Positions 8,546 to 18,718 are shown, numbered from the stretch's first letter. The stretch: DNA of 36,195 bases from a virus (IMGVR_UViG_3300011335_000134:1-36195), one strand, 5' to 3'. A program made the numbers and translations. The notes: generated by a model from the sequence alone, not told the origin.

Positions 8546-9754
8546 TTATTTGATTGAGTATTGGCGATACTGTCTTGGTTGCCATACACTGGTTAGTCGT
8601 GTGTGTCCACCTGACCATTTGCCTAAACTGTTTTGATCTGATACCACATTCCAAGCATCTTGGAACTTGGCCTGATATACTGCGGCATCTGTTTCATTGT
8701 GTCGTTTGATGTAGTATTCGCGTAGTGTAGCATACACATAACCCTCAGGCCATGTTTGTAAGACTGCGTTGTTTTGAACAATCAATCCTGTTTGTGTAAC
8801 GCCAGTAACTGTGCCTGCTGTAGGTGTAGTTCCACCTGTTGCTGTAAAAGAGATGCTGGTTGCGCTTAAGATACTGGCCACTGTATAAACACCACCTGTG
8901 CCTAATGAGCCTGTGCCTGCTGTTGCGTAAATTTCATCACCAACTTCCAAATCACCAACACCAGTCATGCCTGTGATTCTAGCAGTCCAAGGACCAGTTC
9001 CTGAGATAGTGCCAACTGTGCCAGTAGCACTAATAACTTCATCTGTAACAGGAGCAAACAACAAGGGCCATGCTTTGTAGTAATACAAGTTGATTAAGTC
9101 GCCTTCAGCAACATATGGTAAGAACTGATACTTGTTATACACTTCACTGAACTTACCACGGATAACTGCTGGCACATTCACTGGTTGTAGATATAACTGA
9201 GCAATCATACCTTGTGTGATAATATCTCTATCACCAATACGGTCATACACAATCCAAGGACCTGACTGACTTGATTGCTGACCTGTGGTAGTAAACAACA
9301 ATGTGCCACTTACTGTGCCTGTGTTAGGCAAACTCAGTGTAACAACACTACCAGATCCACCACCACCTGTGATGTTTTGAATAGTAGCACCTGACGCAAT
9401 GCCAGTGCCTGTGACCAACATGTTGTTGTTGATAGCACGACCTGGAGTGCTGGTTAGTGTGATTGTTGTTTGACCTGAGGTGCCTGTTGCTGTGGCACTG
9501 GTGTTGATTTGTGAGCCTTGTTTGAAGAACAAGATTGGCTTGTTCATATCACCTGGAATAGGAATACGACCCATTGAGTCAGCAACGCCAATATTCTCTG
9601 GTGCGTATGGATCACAGCGTAAGGCTGGTAGTTCAATGTTTCTCATTGACATTTCTGCCATAAAGATACATTGTTTTATTTCAGCATCATTAGTGCTACC
9701 TGTAAAGTCTTTGATGAATGTTACTAATGCATCACCAGTTGGAATGTTAAACAT
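8546..9754 (-). CDS. Head-tail adaptor protein with two inserted small beta-domains
   Basis: Position after the capsid genes; adaptor-like helical ends (FIFMAE-type IFMAEMSMRN; NAVLQTWPEGYVYATL...Y.AKF); two Thr/Gly-rich inserts. Confidence 0.65.
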   Translation of the reverse strand: MFNIPTGDALVTFIKDFTGSTNDAEIKQCIFMAEMSMRNIELPALRCDPYAPENIGVADSMGRIPIPGDMNKPILFFKQGSQINTSATATGTSGQTTITLTSTPGRAINNNMLVTGTGIASGATIQNITGGGGSGSVVTLSLPNTGTVSGTLLFTTTGQQSSQSGPWIVYDRIGDRDIITQGMIAQLYLQPVNVPAVIRGKFSEVYNKYQFLPYVAEGDLINLYYYKAWPLLFAPVTDEVISATGTVGTISGTGPWTARITGMTGVGDLEVGDEIYATAGTGSLGTGGVYTVASILSATSISFTATGGTTPTAGTVTGVTQTGLIVQNNAVLQTWPEGYVYATLREYYIKRHNETDAAVYQAKFQDAWNVVSDQNSLGKWSGGHTRLTSVWQPRQYRQYSIK

Positions 9755-9757
9755 ATT

Positions 9758-10336
9758 TTAGCGTCCTTGAAAGTATTTCTTTTCACCTGATTTAGTTGGG
9801 TATGGAACCGCAACTGGGATAGGCAACTTACCACCTGGGTAGCACACATATTCTGGATACTCTGTTTCCACTACTCTGTAGAATTGTGCTTTGAGTGTTC
9901 TGTCATGTTTTAGTGTATGCCAAGGCATGCCACCAAAGTATTCATCGCTGATGCGAACGCCAATAACTGTGGGCAGATCCATCCACTTGTGGCTTAACTT
10001 ACCATCATCACCAATGGGTGCTAGTGGATCAGGAATACCAAGTTCAGCCGCGTGTCTGTGATTCTTGACTGCTTTTTTAATTGCTTCAATATTTGTTTGT
10101 TCACGACGAATATAGAACTTGCCATCTTCGCGTCCAGTGGTTATAATGATATTACCACTTTTGTTATTTGAAGTGCGTTGCCAATCACCTTTCATGCTAC
10201 GATAAAGGTCATCGTTTTGTAGCAGTTTATCTGCCATACCATTATGGTTTGTAATCATACCGCCATGGTCGTTGCGGTAGTAGTCCCAGTTCTTTTCTGG
10301 GTCATTGTTATCTAAGTATTCTGGGTTATCGCTCAT
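9758..10336 (-). CDS. Conserved hypothetical protein between capsid and adaptor (putative head/neck protein)
   Basis: 192-aa ORF at a syntenic position; own TAAATA box. Confidence 0.7.
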   Translation of the reverse strand: MSDNPEYLDNNDPEKNWDYYRNDHGGMITNHNGMADKLLQNDDLYRSMKGDWQRTSNNKSGNIIITTGREDGKFYIRREQTNIEAIKKAVKNHRHAAELGIPDPLAPIGDDGKLSHKWMDLPTVIGVRISDEYFGGMPWHTLKHDRTLKAQFYRVVETEYPEYVCYPGGKLPIPVAVPYPTKSGEKKYFQGR

Positions 10337-10341
10337 AGTGT

Positions 10342-10348
10342 TATTTAG
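10342..10348 (-). promoter_or_regulatory. T4-late-like promoter box CTAAATA, leaderless start
   Basis: CTAAATA-ACACT-ATG(10336); no Shine-Dalgarno. Confidence 0.7.
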
Positions 10349-10356
10349 TGTCGTAG

Positions 10357-10380
10357 GAAAGGGCTCCTAAGAGCCCTTTC
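10357..10380 (-). terminator. Stem-loop after the major capsid gene (probable intrinsic terminator)
   Basis: Perfect 10-bp stem GAAAGGGCTC-N4-GAGCCCTTTC; U tract is short. Confidence 0.7.
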
Positions 10381-10406
10381 TGTGTTAAACTTAACCTGTT
10401 TAAAGA

Positions 10407-11591
10407 TTAAGGAGTAACATCGCCAGCGCCAATGTTTGTGCGCTGAACCAATGCGGCTGCACGAGCGGCTGGTAAACTTGCTTGTGCGTCTGTGCCTGCT
10501 TTGATGTTGTTTAGAACACCAACACCTGCTGGGTTACGAACAATCAATGTTCCTTCCATGATGAACTGGTCTAAACTAGCGTCAGCGTTTGAGAACACTT
10601 CGTTGTTAGGACCTAGGTCACGCAAACTACCCCACTGCAATACTTCGTCATTCAAGAAGTAAATTGCGTTGGCGTTAACTTGATCCATGATCCAAGAATC
10701 AAAGATTTCGTATGTGTAGTTGAAGTCGCCTTCGTAAGTTTGGATTGTGTCACCACGAGCACTATCAACACGGTTAATACCTCTTGACTGAGGAATGTTA
10801 TCGCTGATACTTGTGCGGATGCTTGTTGGAGCAACTACTGTGCGAATCTTCGCATTATAGCGTTGTTCAGCAACAGTAACCAACTGCTTGTATAACGCTG
10901 GGCTAAAATACTGGTTAGTAAATGTGCCAGAGTAGTAAGCACTACCGTCAGCATAAACACGCAAAGCGTTTGATGCTTGAACTGGAGTATCTGTTGATTC
11001 GTTGTTGATGAATGTGTCCAAACCACTTGTAGAACCACTAGTTGTATTGAAAGATTGAGTGCCTGCAAAAGAACTCAATGAACCCATACGACGACCAGTT
11101 TGACCACTTGGTAAGCCAGAGGCTGTGCCTGTTTGGCCAGCATACTTTGTTCCAATTTGGTCGTTACGAACTAATTGTAGTTCCACATCAAACATCAATT
11201 CAATCAATTGCTTGACTTCCTGATATGCTTGTGGATCACCACCAGATTGCATTACAGCACGGGCTGTGCCTGTTGCGGCAATAACTGTGCTGAAAATCTG
11301 TGTGTAGTTACCTAAGTTGTAACGCTGGTTGGCTTCAGCATTTGCTGAGTTTACAACTGCGCCTTCTAATTGGGCTTGAACTGCTGGAGCACGATAAATG
11401 TCGTCTGTCCATAGAGGTAAAGTAGAGTTTACTTTACGCTTCTTGCTCATACACATGTTTAGAACGGGAGTGTCATCTTTGACACGGTTTGAGACATCTA
11501 AGTCTAAGTCTTTAACAACAATGTCAGCACCGTATGCTGTAGTTCCGTTACCAATGTTTGTTGTTGAAATTGCGCCTGTTAATGCGGCCAT
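10407..11591 (-). CDS. Major capsid protein (HK97 fold, DUF5309/SU10-MCP-like)
   Basis: DTPVL...W.DD...EG...NYTQIF...TGTA.AV...YQ..K...EL..DVE...R.MG...D...Y.GDF...E.TL.VRNP pattern; follows portal and scaffold; strong codon bias; downstream hairpin. Confidence 0.88.
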   Translation of the reverse strand: MAALTGAISTTNIGNGTTAYGADIVVKDLDLDVSNRVKDDTPVLNMCMSKKRKVNSTLPLWTDDIYRAPAVQAQLEGAVVNSANAEANQRYNLGNYTQIFSTVIAATGTARAVMQSGGDPQAYQEVKQLIELMFDVELQLVRNDQIGTKYAGQTGTASGLPSGQTGRRMGSLSSFAGTQSFNTTSGSTSGLDTFINNESTDTPVQASNALRVYADGSAYYSGTFTNQYFSPALYKQLVTVAEQRYNAKIRTVVAPTSIRTSISDNIPQSRGINRVDSARGDTIQTYEGDFNYTYEIFDSWIMDQVNANAIYFLNDEVLQWGSLRDLGPNNEVFSNADASLDQFIMEGTLIVRNPAGVGVLNNIKAGTDAQASLPAARAAALVQRTNIGAGDVTP

Positions 11592-11610
11592 GATTTTATT
11601 CCTTTATGAA

Positions 11611-12765
11611 TTATCTACCACCTCTTGACTGTCGCAATCTTTGCAACTGAGCCATTAAGAGATTGTCGCCAGCTTTTTTATCGCCAGCCTTGGCTTGTTC
11701 ACGAAGTTTACTAATATCACCATCATTGCCACTACGCTGAGTGCTTGCACCTTTGCGTCCTGTTAATGCTGCCATACTTGCCCCTGCTGATTTCGTGCTT
11801 GGCTTGTCCCTGTAGCGTAATCCATCACGGACTAGGCTTAACAAGTTCTCATCACTAGAGATCAAGTCAATGTTAGGGATGCCTGGAAGTATCTCGTTCT
11901 TAGCGGAGGGCCACATCTTGGTCAACTTGTCGCGAATCTCATTAAAGACAAATTCATTTTTCAAATCCTTGTCTGTAAATGCCTTACGACCTTGATCCAA
12001 GTATTGTTGCACTTGCTGAGTTCTCACTTGTCTAAACTCATCAATGGCAGGTTTCAAGCTGCCAATTTGCTTTTGTTGTTGACGAATGTATTGCTCATTC
12101 TGTGCCATACTGGCCTGGATCCTTGCAACTTGTGCTGGATCCCGCGTTTGCGCCAATTGTTGTTGAAAAGTGGTTTGATAAGATTGCGTTTTAAGTATCT
12201 CATCATAGGCCTTCTGCAACTTTGGCTGAACGGTAAATTCCATGGCTAATGCCAAGCCTTCCTGTCTTGAACGAACATCAGTGAGGTATTCCTCAAACTC
12301 TGCTCGCTCAACTTTCAGTTGGCGTGCTTCTTCGTGTATTGCGCTTCCTTGGCCCAATATTGCCGCGGCCTTCTTCGCATCAATTACAATCTCTTTTCCA
12401 TTTTTCATGAACTTGAATTTGGCTTTTGGATTTGAGTCCGCAAATTCTAAGAAATCAATTAATTCATCTGCTGAAGAATCATTACTATCAGTGCTTACCT
12501 CTTCAGGGGCCTCTGCTTCTTGATTGTCGCTGGCGTTATCGTCTCCATAAGAGTCGTCAACTTCAACACCTTCTGGTGTCACGGGGTTTGATGTTTCTGC
12601 CGTCTCATCTTGACCCGTTGCAGTCTGTTCAGTAGGTCTAATCTGGTTACGCATTGTGGTTTCACGCATTGCGGTCATTTTAGCGGCTATTGAATCTAAA
12701 CTAGGAACTGCGCTTTGTTCAGTGCCCGTGCTCTGCGGAGCATTAGGGGTGATCGTTGTTTCCAT
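11611..12765 (-). CDS. Capsid scaffolding protein
   Basis: Acidic disordered N-terminus, KF.KNGKE motif, long Gln-rich coiled coil and basic C-terminal helix; immediately upstream of the capsid gene. Confidence 0.8.
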   Translation of the reverse strand: METTITPNAPQSTGTEQSAVPSLDSIAAKMTAMRETTMRNQIRPTEQTATGQDETAETSNPVTPEGVEVDDSYGDDNASDNQEAEAPEEVSTDSNDSSADELIDFLEFADSNPKAKFKFMKNGKEIVIDAKKAAAILGQGSAIHEEARQLKVERAEFEEYLTDVRSRQEGLALAMEFTVQPKLQKAYDEILKTQSYQTTFQQQLAQTRDPAQVARIQASMAQNEQYIRQQQKQIGSLKPAIDEFRQVRTQQVQQYLDQGRKAFTDKDLKNEFVFNEIRDKLTKMWPSAKNEILPGIPNIDLISSDENLLSLVRDGLRYRDKPSTKSAGASMAALTGRKGASTQRSGNDGDISKLREQAKAGDKKAGDNLLMAQLQRLRQSRGGR

Positions 12766-12810
12766 ATTTTTCCTTTAGTTGAGGGTCAGTATTACTGATT
12801 ACCTCTGCTT

Positions 12811-13161
12811 TTATTTAGTATCGTTTTGGTCTGAGTTCTCAGATCTAATCAATACATTTTTTTTGTAAACAGCACTTTTTAGTGTGTTCACGAAACTGTC
12901 AATACCACTTAACTGATTGGCAAGTGCTATGCGTTCAGCATTTGCTTCTTCAGTATGTGTTCTAATATTTGCCATTGCATCATTTACTTCAAACTTGAAG
13001 TGATGAACAAACATGGCCAGGTCGCGATTTGTTAGTAGTGCTTCTGCTAACGAGCCATAACTTTTTACAGCATCACGCTGACTTGGTGTTAACTTTTTAG
13101 GGTTACTTGTATCAATGGTGAGACGCTTGTTATAAGCGTCCACCGCTTCTTCACTTATCAT
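12811..13161 (-). CDS. Small helical protein between portal and scaffold
   Basis: 116-aa ORF with AAAGGT RBS at a position commonly occupied in such podoviruses. Confidence 0.75.
   Translation of the reverse strand: MISEEAVDAYNKRLTIDTSNPKKLTPSQRDAVKSYGSLAEALLTNRDLAMFVHHFKFEVNDAMANIRTHTEEANAERIALANQLSGIDSFVNTLKSAVYKKNVLIRSENSDQNDTK
12812..12818 (-). promoter_or_regulatory. T4-late-like promoter box CTAAATA upstream of scaffold-capsid operon
   Basis: Overlaps the upstream stop codon; 46 nt before the scaffold ATG. Confidence 0.55.
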
Positions 13162-13180
13162 TGCTATACCTTTCTTGTGT

Positions 13181-15463
13181 TTAACTATAAACTTTTGGAT
13201 CGCCTGCTGCCATACTCAGAAAGTCTAATTGACTCTCTGCGTCCTGACCTGCTACTTCCATTTCAATCTGCTTGGCCTTGATGTCATTCAAGTTGGCAGT
13301 TGATAGTTTAACCTTGTCTTCTGGACTTGGTTCTCTGTTCTTACCTGCTTCTTCTGCTTGACCAATCATTGCGGCGATTTCTTCATCGCTTGGCAAGTAT
13401 GTGTCGCAGTCTTTTACACCCAACACATACAATGTGTCTGCGAATGGACGCTTGATCTTTTTATACATTTCAGGTGTCAGTGTGCCTTGACCAACCATGG
13501 CTTGAACTGTTTGATACAACTCACCTTGGCACTTCTGAATAATCTGTAAGCGGTTTAGGGCGTTTTCTTCACTCAACATACCAAGTGCTAGTTCCAAATG
13601 AACTTGCTTGCGTTCAATAAAGTTCATTTCATCCCAGGCTGTGTAGTCCATGAACTCTGGCTTCTTGTCTGGGTGGCAACCTGCGGCCAGTTTCTTAACA
13701 CCATAGTCATCACCATACTGGATTAATGTGCGCCAAATTAGGTATAAGGCTTCTTTCAGACCTTCAGCCGCATTGCGAACAGTATTGTCTTGAATGATTT
13801 GGTTAGGACCCATTGCCATCTGTAGTTTGATGCCTGAGTTGCCTGCAGCCATAACTTCTGGATTGAATGTGTCTTGTGGTTGTGTCATACCAACCATTTT
13901 CATAACATCATTGTTGATACGATTCATAGCAGTTTCTAAGAATGCTAAGTTGCCACCTGGAGGAGGCATTTGGTAAATGTCTTTGGCTGGGTCAAATTTT
14001 GAGTCTAAGATAAAGATTGCTGATTCGCCATCCTGCATCATTTCAAAGTCAACGCGATCTGGCTTGACACCAATGCGTGGTGTTGCTGTTAGCAAGCCTA
14101 GTTGAATCTCAGCACGAGCCGCTGATGTGTTGTATTCCTGCATTGGGATAACACTTTCAGCAATACTCATACCATAGAAGTTGCCTGGTAGAGGACGAGG
14201 GCACATGTTGGCAACAGGAATGAATTCTACTTCACGGGCACTGATAATGTAGCTACCAGAGTAAATCATTTCAATTAGTTCTAGTTCACCATCACCATCA
14301 ATGTCATAACGATTCCAAATAGTTACGATACTGACTTGGCGACTGTCTGGATCTGCTGATGCCGCACTGGACACAGGAATACCCATAACTGGCACAGAGT
14401 CACGAGCATGGATAGCCAAGTTGTTTAATACAGAGCCTGCTTGATAAGCACCTGACTGATTGTATTCTGCGTGTTCACGGAACTCCTCTAACTTGATGTC
14501 AGGATATAGTTCACATGCTTCTTGAATTGTCATTGGATCGTAGTAGCCACAGAAAGGTTGGTTCTTCATTTCTGGAACTGTTGGATCACATACCCAGTAG
14601 TGCTGTGCAATTGGGTGGAATTGAATGTTGATGTTATAGCCAGTTAGTTTATACTTGGCTGTATAACTTGTGTTGCGACGAATAGCATCTTGTAGGATTT
14701 GTTCCTGGCTATCACGCTCACCCATTTGTATTTCTTGTTCTTCTGACTGAATGCTTTCAGTATCTAGTTCTTCTGGACTTTGACGCATTTGTTCTACCAT
14801 GCGATCCATTAGGCCATCACCAAATGCGGCCTTTTGTTCTCCAAATAGCTGTTGCACTTCAGCCATTACTTTTTCCATATCAACATTGATCTGACGCTTG
14901 CTTTGACGAGTTGCTGTGAGTCCTGACTCAGCAGCCTGTTGTTCAAATGCTTTTAATTGATCATTAGTGCCTGATGTTTCTACATAACGAGTTGTTTGTT
15001 CACGAATGGGTTTGATCATCATCATGCCGTTTTTGTGCATGTTAGCATCCATAACCCAACGCTCTAAGATAAAGTGTGGGTCATTCATTTGATTTACAAC
15101 TTTGGACACCATTTCACTTGCTTGTCTTGCGGCATCTTCATCTGACTCATCTTCTGCTACAAACTCAAAGTTGATTTCGCCATTGGGCATAAGTCCTTTG
15201 GCAATAACTGCTGTGGCATAATCCACTGTGGGCTTTACAGTTGGGTGAATATAGTCAATGCCGTTTACAGGTGCTGTAGAGTCTGTAACTGCCAAGCACA
15301 AGTAATGATAATCGCAAGCGCGATTAACTGCGTTCTTTGTGCCAAGATAACGCAGGTAGGATGCCATTTTGACATCCATTTGATTCTTCATGCGAACAAA
15401 ATTAGAATTAGTTTTTCTATTCTGATTTATGGCCTGCACGGGGATATTTTTAATATCAAGCAT
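13181..15463 (-). CDS. Portal protein (P22/SU10-like podovirus portal)
   Basis: 760 aa after the large terminase; motifs F.AEDESDEDAARQA, D.DGDG..EL, P.P..FYG.S.AE...Q. Confidence 0.9.
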   Translation of the reverse strand: MLDIKNIPVQAINQNRKTNSNFVRMKNQMDVKMASYLRYLGTKNAVNRACDYHYLCLAVTDSTAPVNGIDYIHPTVKPTVDYATAVIAKGLMPNGEINFEFVAEDESDEDAARQASEMVSKVVNQMNDPHFILERWVMDANMHKNGMMMIKPIREQTTRYVETSGTNDQLKAFEQQAAESGLTATRQSKRQINVDMEKVMAEVQQLFGEQKAAFGDGLMDRMVEQMRQSPEELDTESIQSEEQEIQMGERDSQEQILQDAIRRNTSYTAKYKLTGYNINIQFHPIAQHYWVCDPTVPEMKNQPFCGYYDPMTIQEACELYPDIKLEEFREHAEYNQSGAYQAGSVLNNLAIHARDSVPVMGIPVSSAASADPDSRQVSIVTIWNRYDIDGDGELELIEMIYSGSYIISAREVEFIPVANMCPRPLPGNFYGMSIAESVIPMQEYNTSAARAEIQLGLLTATPRIGVKPDRVDFEMMQDGESAIFILDSKFDPAKDIYQMPPPGGNLAFLETAMNRINNDVMKMVGMTQPQDTFNPEVMAAGNSGIKLQMAMGPNQIIQDNTVRNAAEGLKEALYLIWRTLIQYGDDYGVKKLAAGCHPDKKPEFMDYTAWDEMNFIERKQVHLELALGMLSEENALNRLQIIQKCQGELYQTVQAMVGQGTLTPEMYKKIKRPFADTLYVLGVKDCDTYLPSDEEIAAMIGQAEEAGKNREPSPEDKVKLSTANLNDIKAKQIEMEVAGQDAESQLDFLSMAAGDPKVYS

Positions 15464-15490
15464 TGTAATAGGTTCCCTTTACTGATATGT

Positions 15491-15497
15491 TATTTAG
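15491..15497 (-). promoter_or_regulatory. T4-late-like promoter box CTAAATA upstream of portal
   Basis: In the 36-bp intergenic gap, 27 nt before the ATG. Confidence 0.65.
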
Positions 15498-15499
15498 CG

Positions 15500-15751
15500 T
15501 CAATGGAACTCACCAGGGAGAATGATCTTGGGTGTTGAGGCTTCTTCATTTCTGCGTTCAACATATTCTTTGGCTTTTTGTAAATCACAAGCATGGCAGT
15601 AGTAAGGGCCGTCATCATCATCTAATTCATAGATTGTGTGTGGCACAGCCGCTGTAAGCATTGTTTCTTCAAATATCTTTGCGTGTTTTTCACACAAAAT
15701 AGCAGGCGATCGTTCGCCAATTGCTGTTAGGTATCGTCCTGTCTTTTCCAT
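15500..15751 (-). CDS. Small putative zinc-binding protein (83 aa)
   Basis: Start MEKTGRY at 15751, just after the terminase stop, with AAGGA RBS; CEKH...CHAC ligands; the track's longer ORF overlaps the terminase. Confidence 0.7.
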   Translation of the reverse strand: MEKTGRYLTAIGERSPAILCEKHAKIFEETMLTAAVPHTIYELDDDDGPYYCHACDLQKAKEYVERRNEEASTPKIILPGEFH

Positions 15752-15752
15752 A

Positions 15753-17369
15753 TTATCCTTCTGGGTTATAACTTTTCTTCCAAGCAGGCAATCCTGTTTC
15801 ATCTCTTGGTTTAATATACTTGTCTCTTGCCGCAGCCATTCGTTGTTGCGGGCTTCTATTGTCCCAGGGTTCAGCAATGCCTTGTAAGCAAGCAAGTAGC
15901 GCATAACGAGCAGAGTCAATGGTGTCATCTGGATCACTAAAGCGGCCCTTCTCATCCACATAGTAGTTGCGAGCATTGCTTAGGAACTGGGTGCAGTTTT
16001 CATTTACCATTAGGCTACCAACTTCAAGCATTTGACGCATTTGGTTAATACCATAACTCTTATGATTAGTTACTCGTCCTTCTTGATCTGGCGGATTCAT
16101 AATTGCTTTGTGATACACATTCAATTCATAACTTTCAAACATCTCACGGATGCTATTACTACTCATAGTGTATCTGCCAGGAGTGCTTGCGTCAGCAGGT
16201 AGCACAATAGGAGTGCCAAACACTTCAGGACGAAGGAGATGATTGATATACTGGCTGGGGACTGCTTCTTCAATACCCTGCACACAGATTTGTTTATGTA
16301 GGTAAGCAACTCGTTCATAAGGTTCCCAATACATTAAGGTAATAACAGTTTGGTCATTTACTAGACCCAAGTCAAGAGCAATAACTCTTTGTATGTTTGG
16401 TATGCGGCTGAAATCAATCTGCCCTGTGGTGTATGTGGGCCATTCACGGATTTGAAACACAGCACCTTTACCCATAACTGGCTTACCAGCAATACGAGCC
16501 TCACGCTCATGTGGCAAGTAATCACGCTCTAACTGACGGCGAGTCTCCTTCAGTAGAAATGCCTGTCCCCAAGGATCATACTCAGGAACATCATCCCAAC
16601 TCACACGAATGAATTCATATCCTTCTTCTTTGTTCCAGAACTTTGATACTAGACCGTTCAAACCTTTTAAGGGTGTGAATGAGCACAGGACTTTACCTTG
16701 TGTGGTAGCGGTTCGCGTAACAATTTCTGAGAAGAAGTCATCTGGTGGCTGTTCGTCAAACACAGCAAGGTTTAATTTGAAACCCTGTAACTGACGAACT
16801 TCCTGCGTATAGTTGGCAAACAGCAGGTAACTGTTGCCGCCTTTTGCGTGTTTGATTTCAACACCAATACAGTTGGCACCATCATTACGCATGGTGTCTG
16901 TTATAATGCAATCGCGAGGAATAGCACCCGTGCCCAAGTTCTCTGTAATCTTGACATCTTGAGTGCCCAGCAGTTCATTCTGTAATACAAGCGCAACCTG
17001 ACTCCAACCTTCACCTGCTACCATACAAGTGATTGGTTTGTCAAAGCGATAGCCTTCCCACCAGTCTGGATATAAGCCAGTTAAGTGGTAAGCAGTTTCA
17101 TAACAGGTGCTTACAGTTTTACCAATACGGTTCGCGGCTAGAATGCCACGGCGTTCACTAAGACCAGTCTTAAAGAATTCTAGTTGATGAGCAAAGGGCC
17201 TGAAGTATTTGATTTGATTATACTTCATGTCATCCGCAATTTCAATAACTAGATCCTGTAACTTTAATCGCGTATCAGTTGTCATGATAGCGTAAGTGGC
17301 AGGATCTACTTTACTGGTGTCTAAGGTATGACGCAAGGCACGAGCCATTAAGGTTTCTGTGCCTAGCAT
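15753..17369 (-). CDS. terL: Terminase large subunit
   Basis: HQLEFF (Q motif), ILAANRIGKT (Walker A), LAVFDEQP (Walker B), SFTP (motif III) and RNase-H nuclease residues ALDLG...DD.IDSARY. Confidence 0.96.
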   Translation of the reverse strand: MLGTETLMARALRHTLDTSKVDPATYAIMTTDTRLKLQDLVIEIADDMKYNQIKYFRPFAHQLEFFKTGLSERRGILAANRIGKTVSTCYETAYHLTGLYPDWWEGYRFDKPITCMVAGEGWSQVALVLQNELLGTQDVKITENLGTGAIPRDCIITDTMRNDGANCIGVEIKHAKGGNSYLLFANYTQEVRQLQGFKLNLAVFDEQPPDDFFSEIVTRTATTQGKVLCSFTPLKGLNGLVSKFWNKEEGYEFIRVSWDDVPEYDPWGQAFLLKETRRQLERDYLPHEREARIAGKPVMGKGAVFQIREWPTYTTGQIDFSRIPNIQRVIALDLGLVNDQTVITLMYWEPYERVAYLHKQICVQGIEEAVPSQYINHLLRPEVFGTPIVLPADASTPGRYTMSSNSIREMFESYELNVYHKAIMNPPDQEGRVTNHKSYGINQMRQMLEVGSLMVNENCTQFLSNARNYYVDEKGRFSDPDDTIDSARYALLACLQGIAEPWDNRSPQQRMAAARDKYIKPRDETGLPAWKKSYNPEG

Positions 17370-17370
17370 G

Positions 17371-17571
17371 TTACTCCTTGGGTTGTGCGTCTAAGTATTC
17401 AGTGATGATGTCACGCAAGAAAGCAAGATCATGCTTGTCAAAGTCATAATCAATTTCACATTCACCCATGCCATCTTCGTTGAGACGGAATGTCAAATGA
17501 CACAATTCTTTGCTAATCCATTTGCCTGTGACATCAAAGCCACTATCTTCATTACTTGCTATGTTCGTCAT
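17371..17571 (-). CDS. Hypothetical acidic protein (66 aa)
   Basis: ATG 17571 with GGAG RBS; tightly packed with neighbours. Confidence 0.65.
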   Translation of the reverse strand: MTNIASNEDSGFDVTGKWISKELCHLTFRLNEDGMGECEIDYDFDKHDLAFLRDIITEYLDAQPKE

Positions 17572-17875
17572 TTGCGATCTCCATTGGATAGATTTGACTA
17601 ATAACACTCAGGTGCCATAGTGCTTCACTTAGTTTGGCAATCTCATCTGCTGTGCTGGTCCATGTTTCTGGATCTGCTAGGTCAGTGGGCTTGCGTGTTA
17701 GTATTGCTTGTAAGCGTTCAGCAGTGAGTCTCATACAATGTTCAACTTGCCCTGGGAAGCGTGTCTTAAACCCTTCCCTGTGTGCGGCATTGACTTTTTG
17801 CATGATAAGCGTATCACGAGTAATACGCTCTTGCTGTGCTTGATGGATCATACCATCACGGACTTCGTTGTTCAT
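17552..17875 (-). CDS. Hypothetical helical protein (107 aa)
   Basis: ATGA overlap with the upstream stop at 17872-17875. Confidence 0.7.
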   Translation of the reverse strand: MNNEVRDGMIHQAQQERITRDTLIMQKVNAAHREGFKTRFPGQVEHCMRLTAERLQAILTRKPTDLADPETWTSTADEIAKLSEALWHLSVISQIYPMEIANDEHSK

Positions 17876-18669
17876 TCTAAGTCCCAAGGATTGCTTATTA
17901 CAGCATCACTTAAACTTGCAAATTCACGATCAATCCATGTGTCCCAATGGTTGCTGTTGTTGACACGAAACTTTTGCATCATGGCACGAAGTTTACGACC
18001 TTGTGGTGTCATTGTGCCATCATCACGAACAATAACTTGCTCACCTGTGCGTGGGTCAACCCATTTGATAATCTCTGGACGCTCACGACCATACTTGTCT
18101 AGTTTAACACCATGTGGGCGTTGATCAACTGGACCTACAATTTCGTAACTGATTTGACCTGTCTTATACTTGCGGAAGTATACTGACACTTTCTTGTCTT
18201 GCATACGACTTTCAAAGTCAGGGTGTGGAATTGAGTTGCTGACAAAGATGTTTTGCATTTCACTATGGTCAGGCAAACTCTTGTCTTTGGCTGGAACTGG
18301 TTTCAAGTCCTCAACTGGGATAAGTTCAGTGCGGTCAATGTAAGGATTGTCACCACCAACAAACTTGGCTTCTACTTCTTGTCCATTTAGAACATCCATA
18401 GCAACTTGATACTTTAGTTTATTGGCACGGCCTTTTAAGTTTAAGACAATCCCCGTCTCATCAAATACAAATCTCTCAAGTTCTTTGGCCGTGGGAAAGT
18501 CAGTCATTAGACCGTCCATGTCAAAGTCGCCTGCGTTTGTGGCAACAGGAGCGGCAGGTTTAACTACCCAATCAGTTTTAGATTTTTTTGTTTTAGTTTC
18601 TTTTGCTGGCTCAGCGGGAGCAGCCTTTGTGTCGTCCCAAGGATTCTCAGGAGGTGTTGTAGTCGTCAT
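17872..18669 (-). CDS. Hypothetical protein (265 aa) with NPWD motif at both ends
   Basis: ATG 18669 with AAAGGA RBS; ENPWDD at the N-terminus and SNPWDLE at the C-terminus. Confidence 0.8.
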   Translation of the reverse strand: MTTTTPPENPWDDTKAAPAEPAKETKTKKSKTDWVVKPAAPVATNAGDFDMDGLMTDFPTAKELERFVFDETGIVLNLKGRANKLKYQVAMDVLNGQEVEAKFVGGDNPYIDRTELIPVEDLKPVPAKDKSLPDHSEMQNIFVSNSIPHPDFESRMQDKKVSVYFRKYKTGQISYEIVGPVDQRPHGVKLDKYGRERPEIIKWVDPRTGEQVIVRDDGTMTPQGRKLRAMMQKFRVNNSNHWDTWIDREFASLSDAVISNPWDLE

Positions 18670-18692
18670 TTCATTTTCCTTTTCTATGCGAT

Positions 18693-18717
18693 ACATGGGG
18701 GAGTCTGTCCCCCATGT
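18693..18717. promoter_or_regulatory. Perfect GC-rich stem-loop directly downstream of a CTAAATA box
   Basis: ACATGGGGGA-GTCTG-TCCCCCATGT. Confidence 0.6.
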
Positions 18718-18718
18718 T

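Noticed and set aside
7719-8636. 305-aa plus-strand ORF (also 6507..6974, 33951..34442 and similar)
   Set aside because: Antisense shadows of Thr/Gly-rich minus-strand genes, caused by codon bias; no RBS or motif
15752-15976. N-terminal extension of ORF 15500..15976
   Set aside because: It overlaps the terminase nuclease domain; the start at 15751 has an RBS and is preferred
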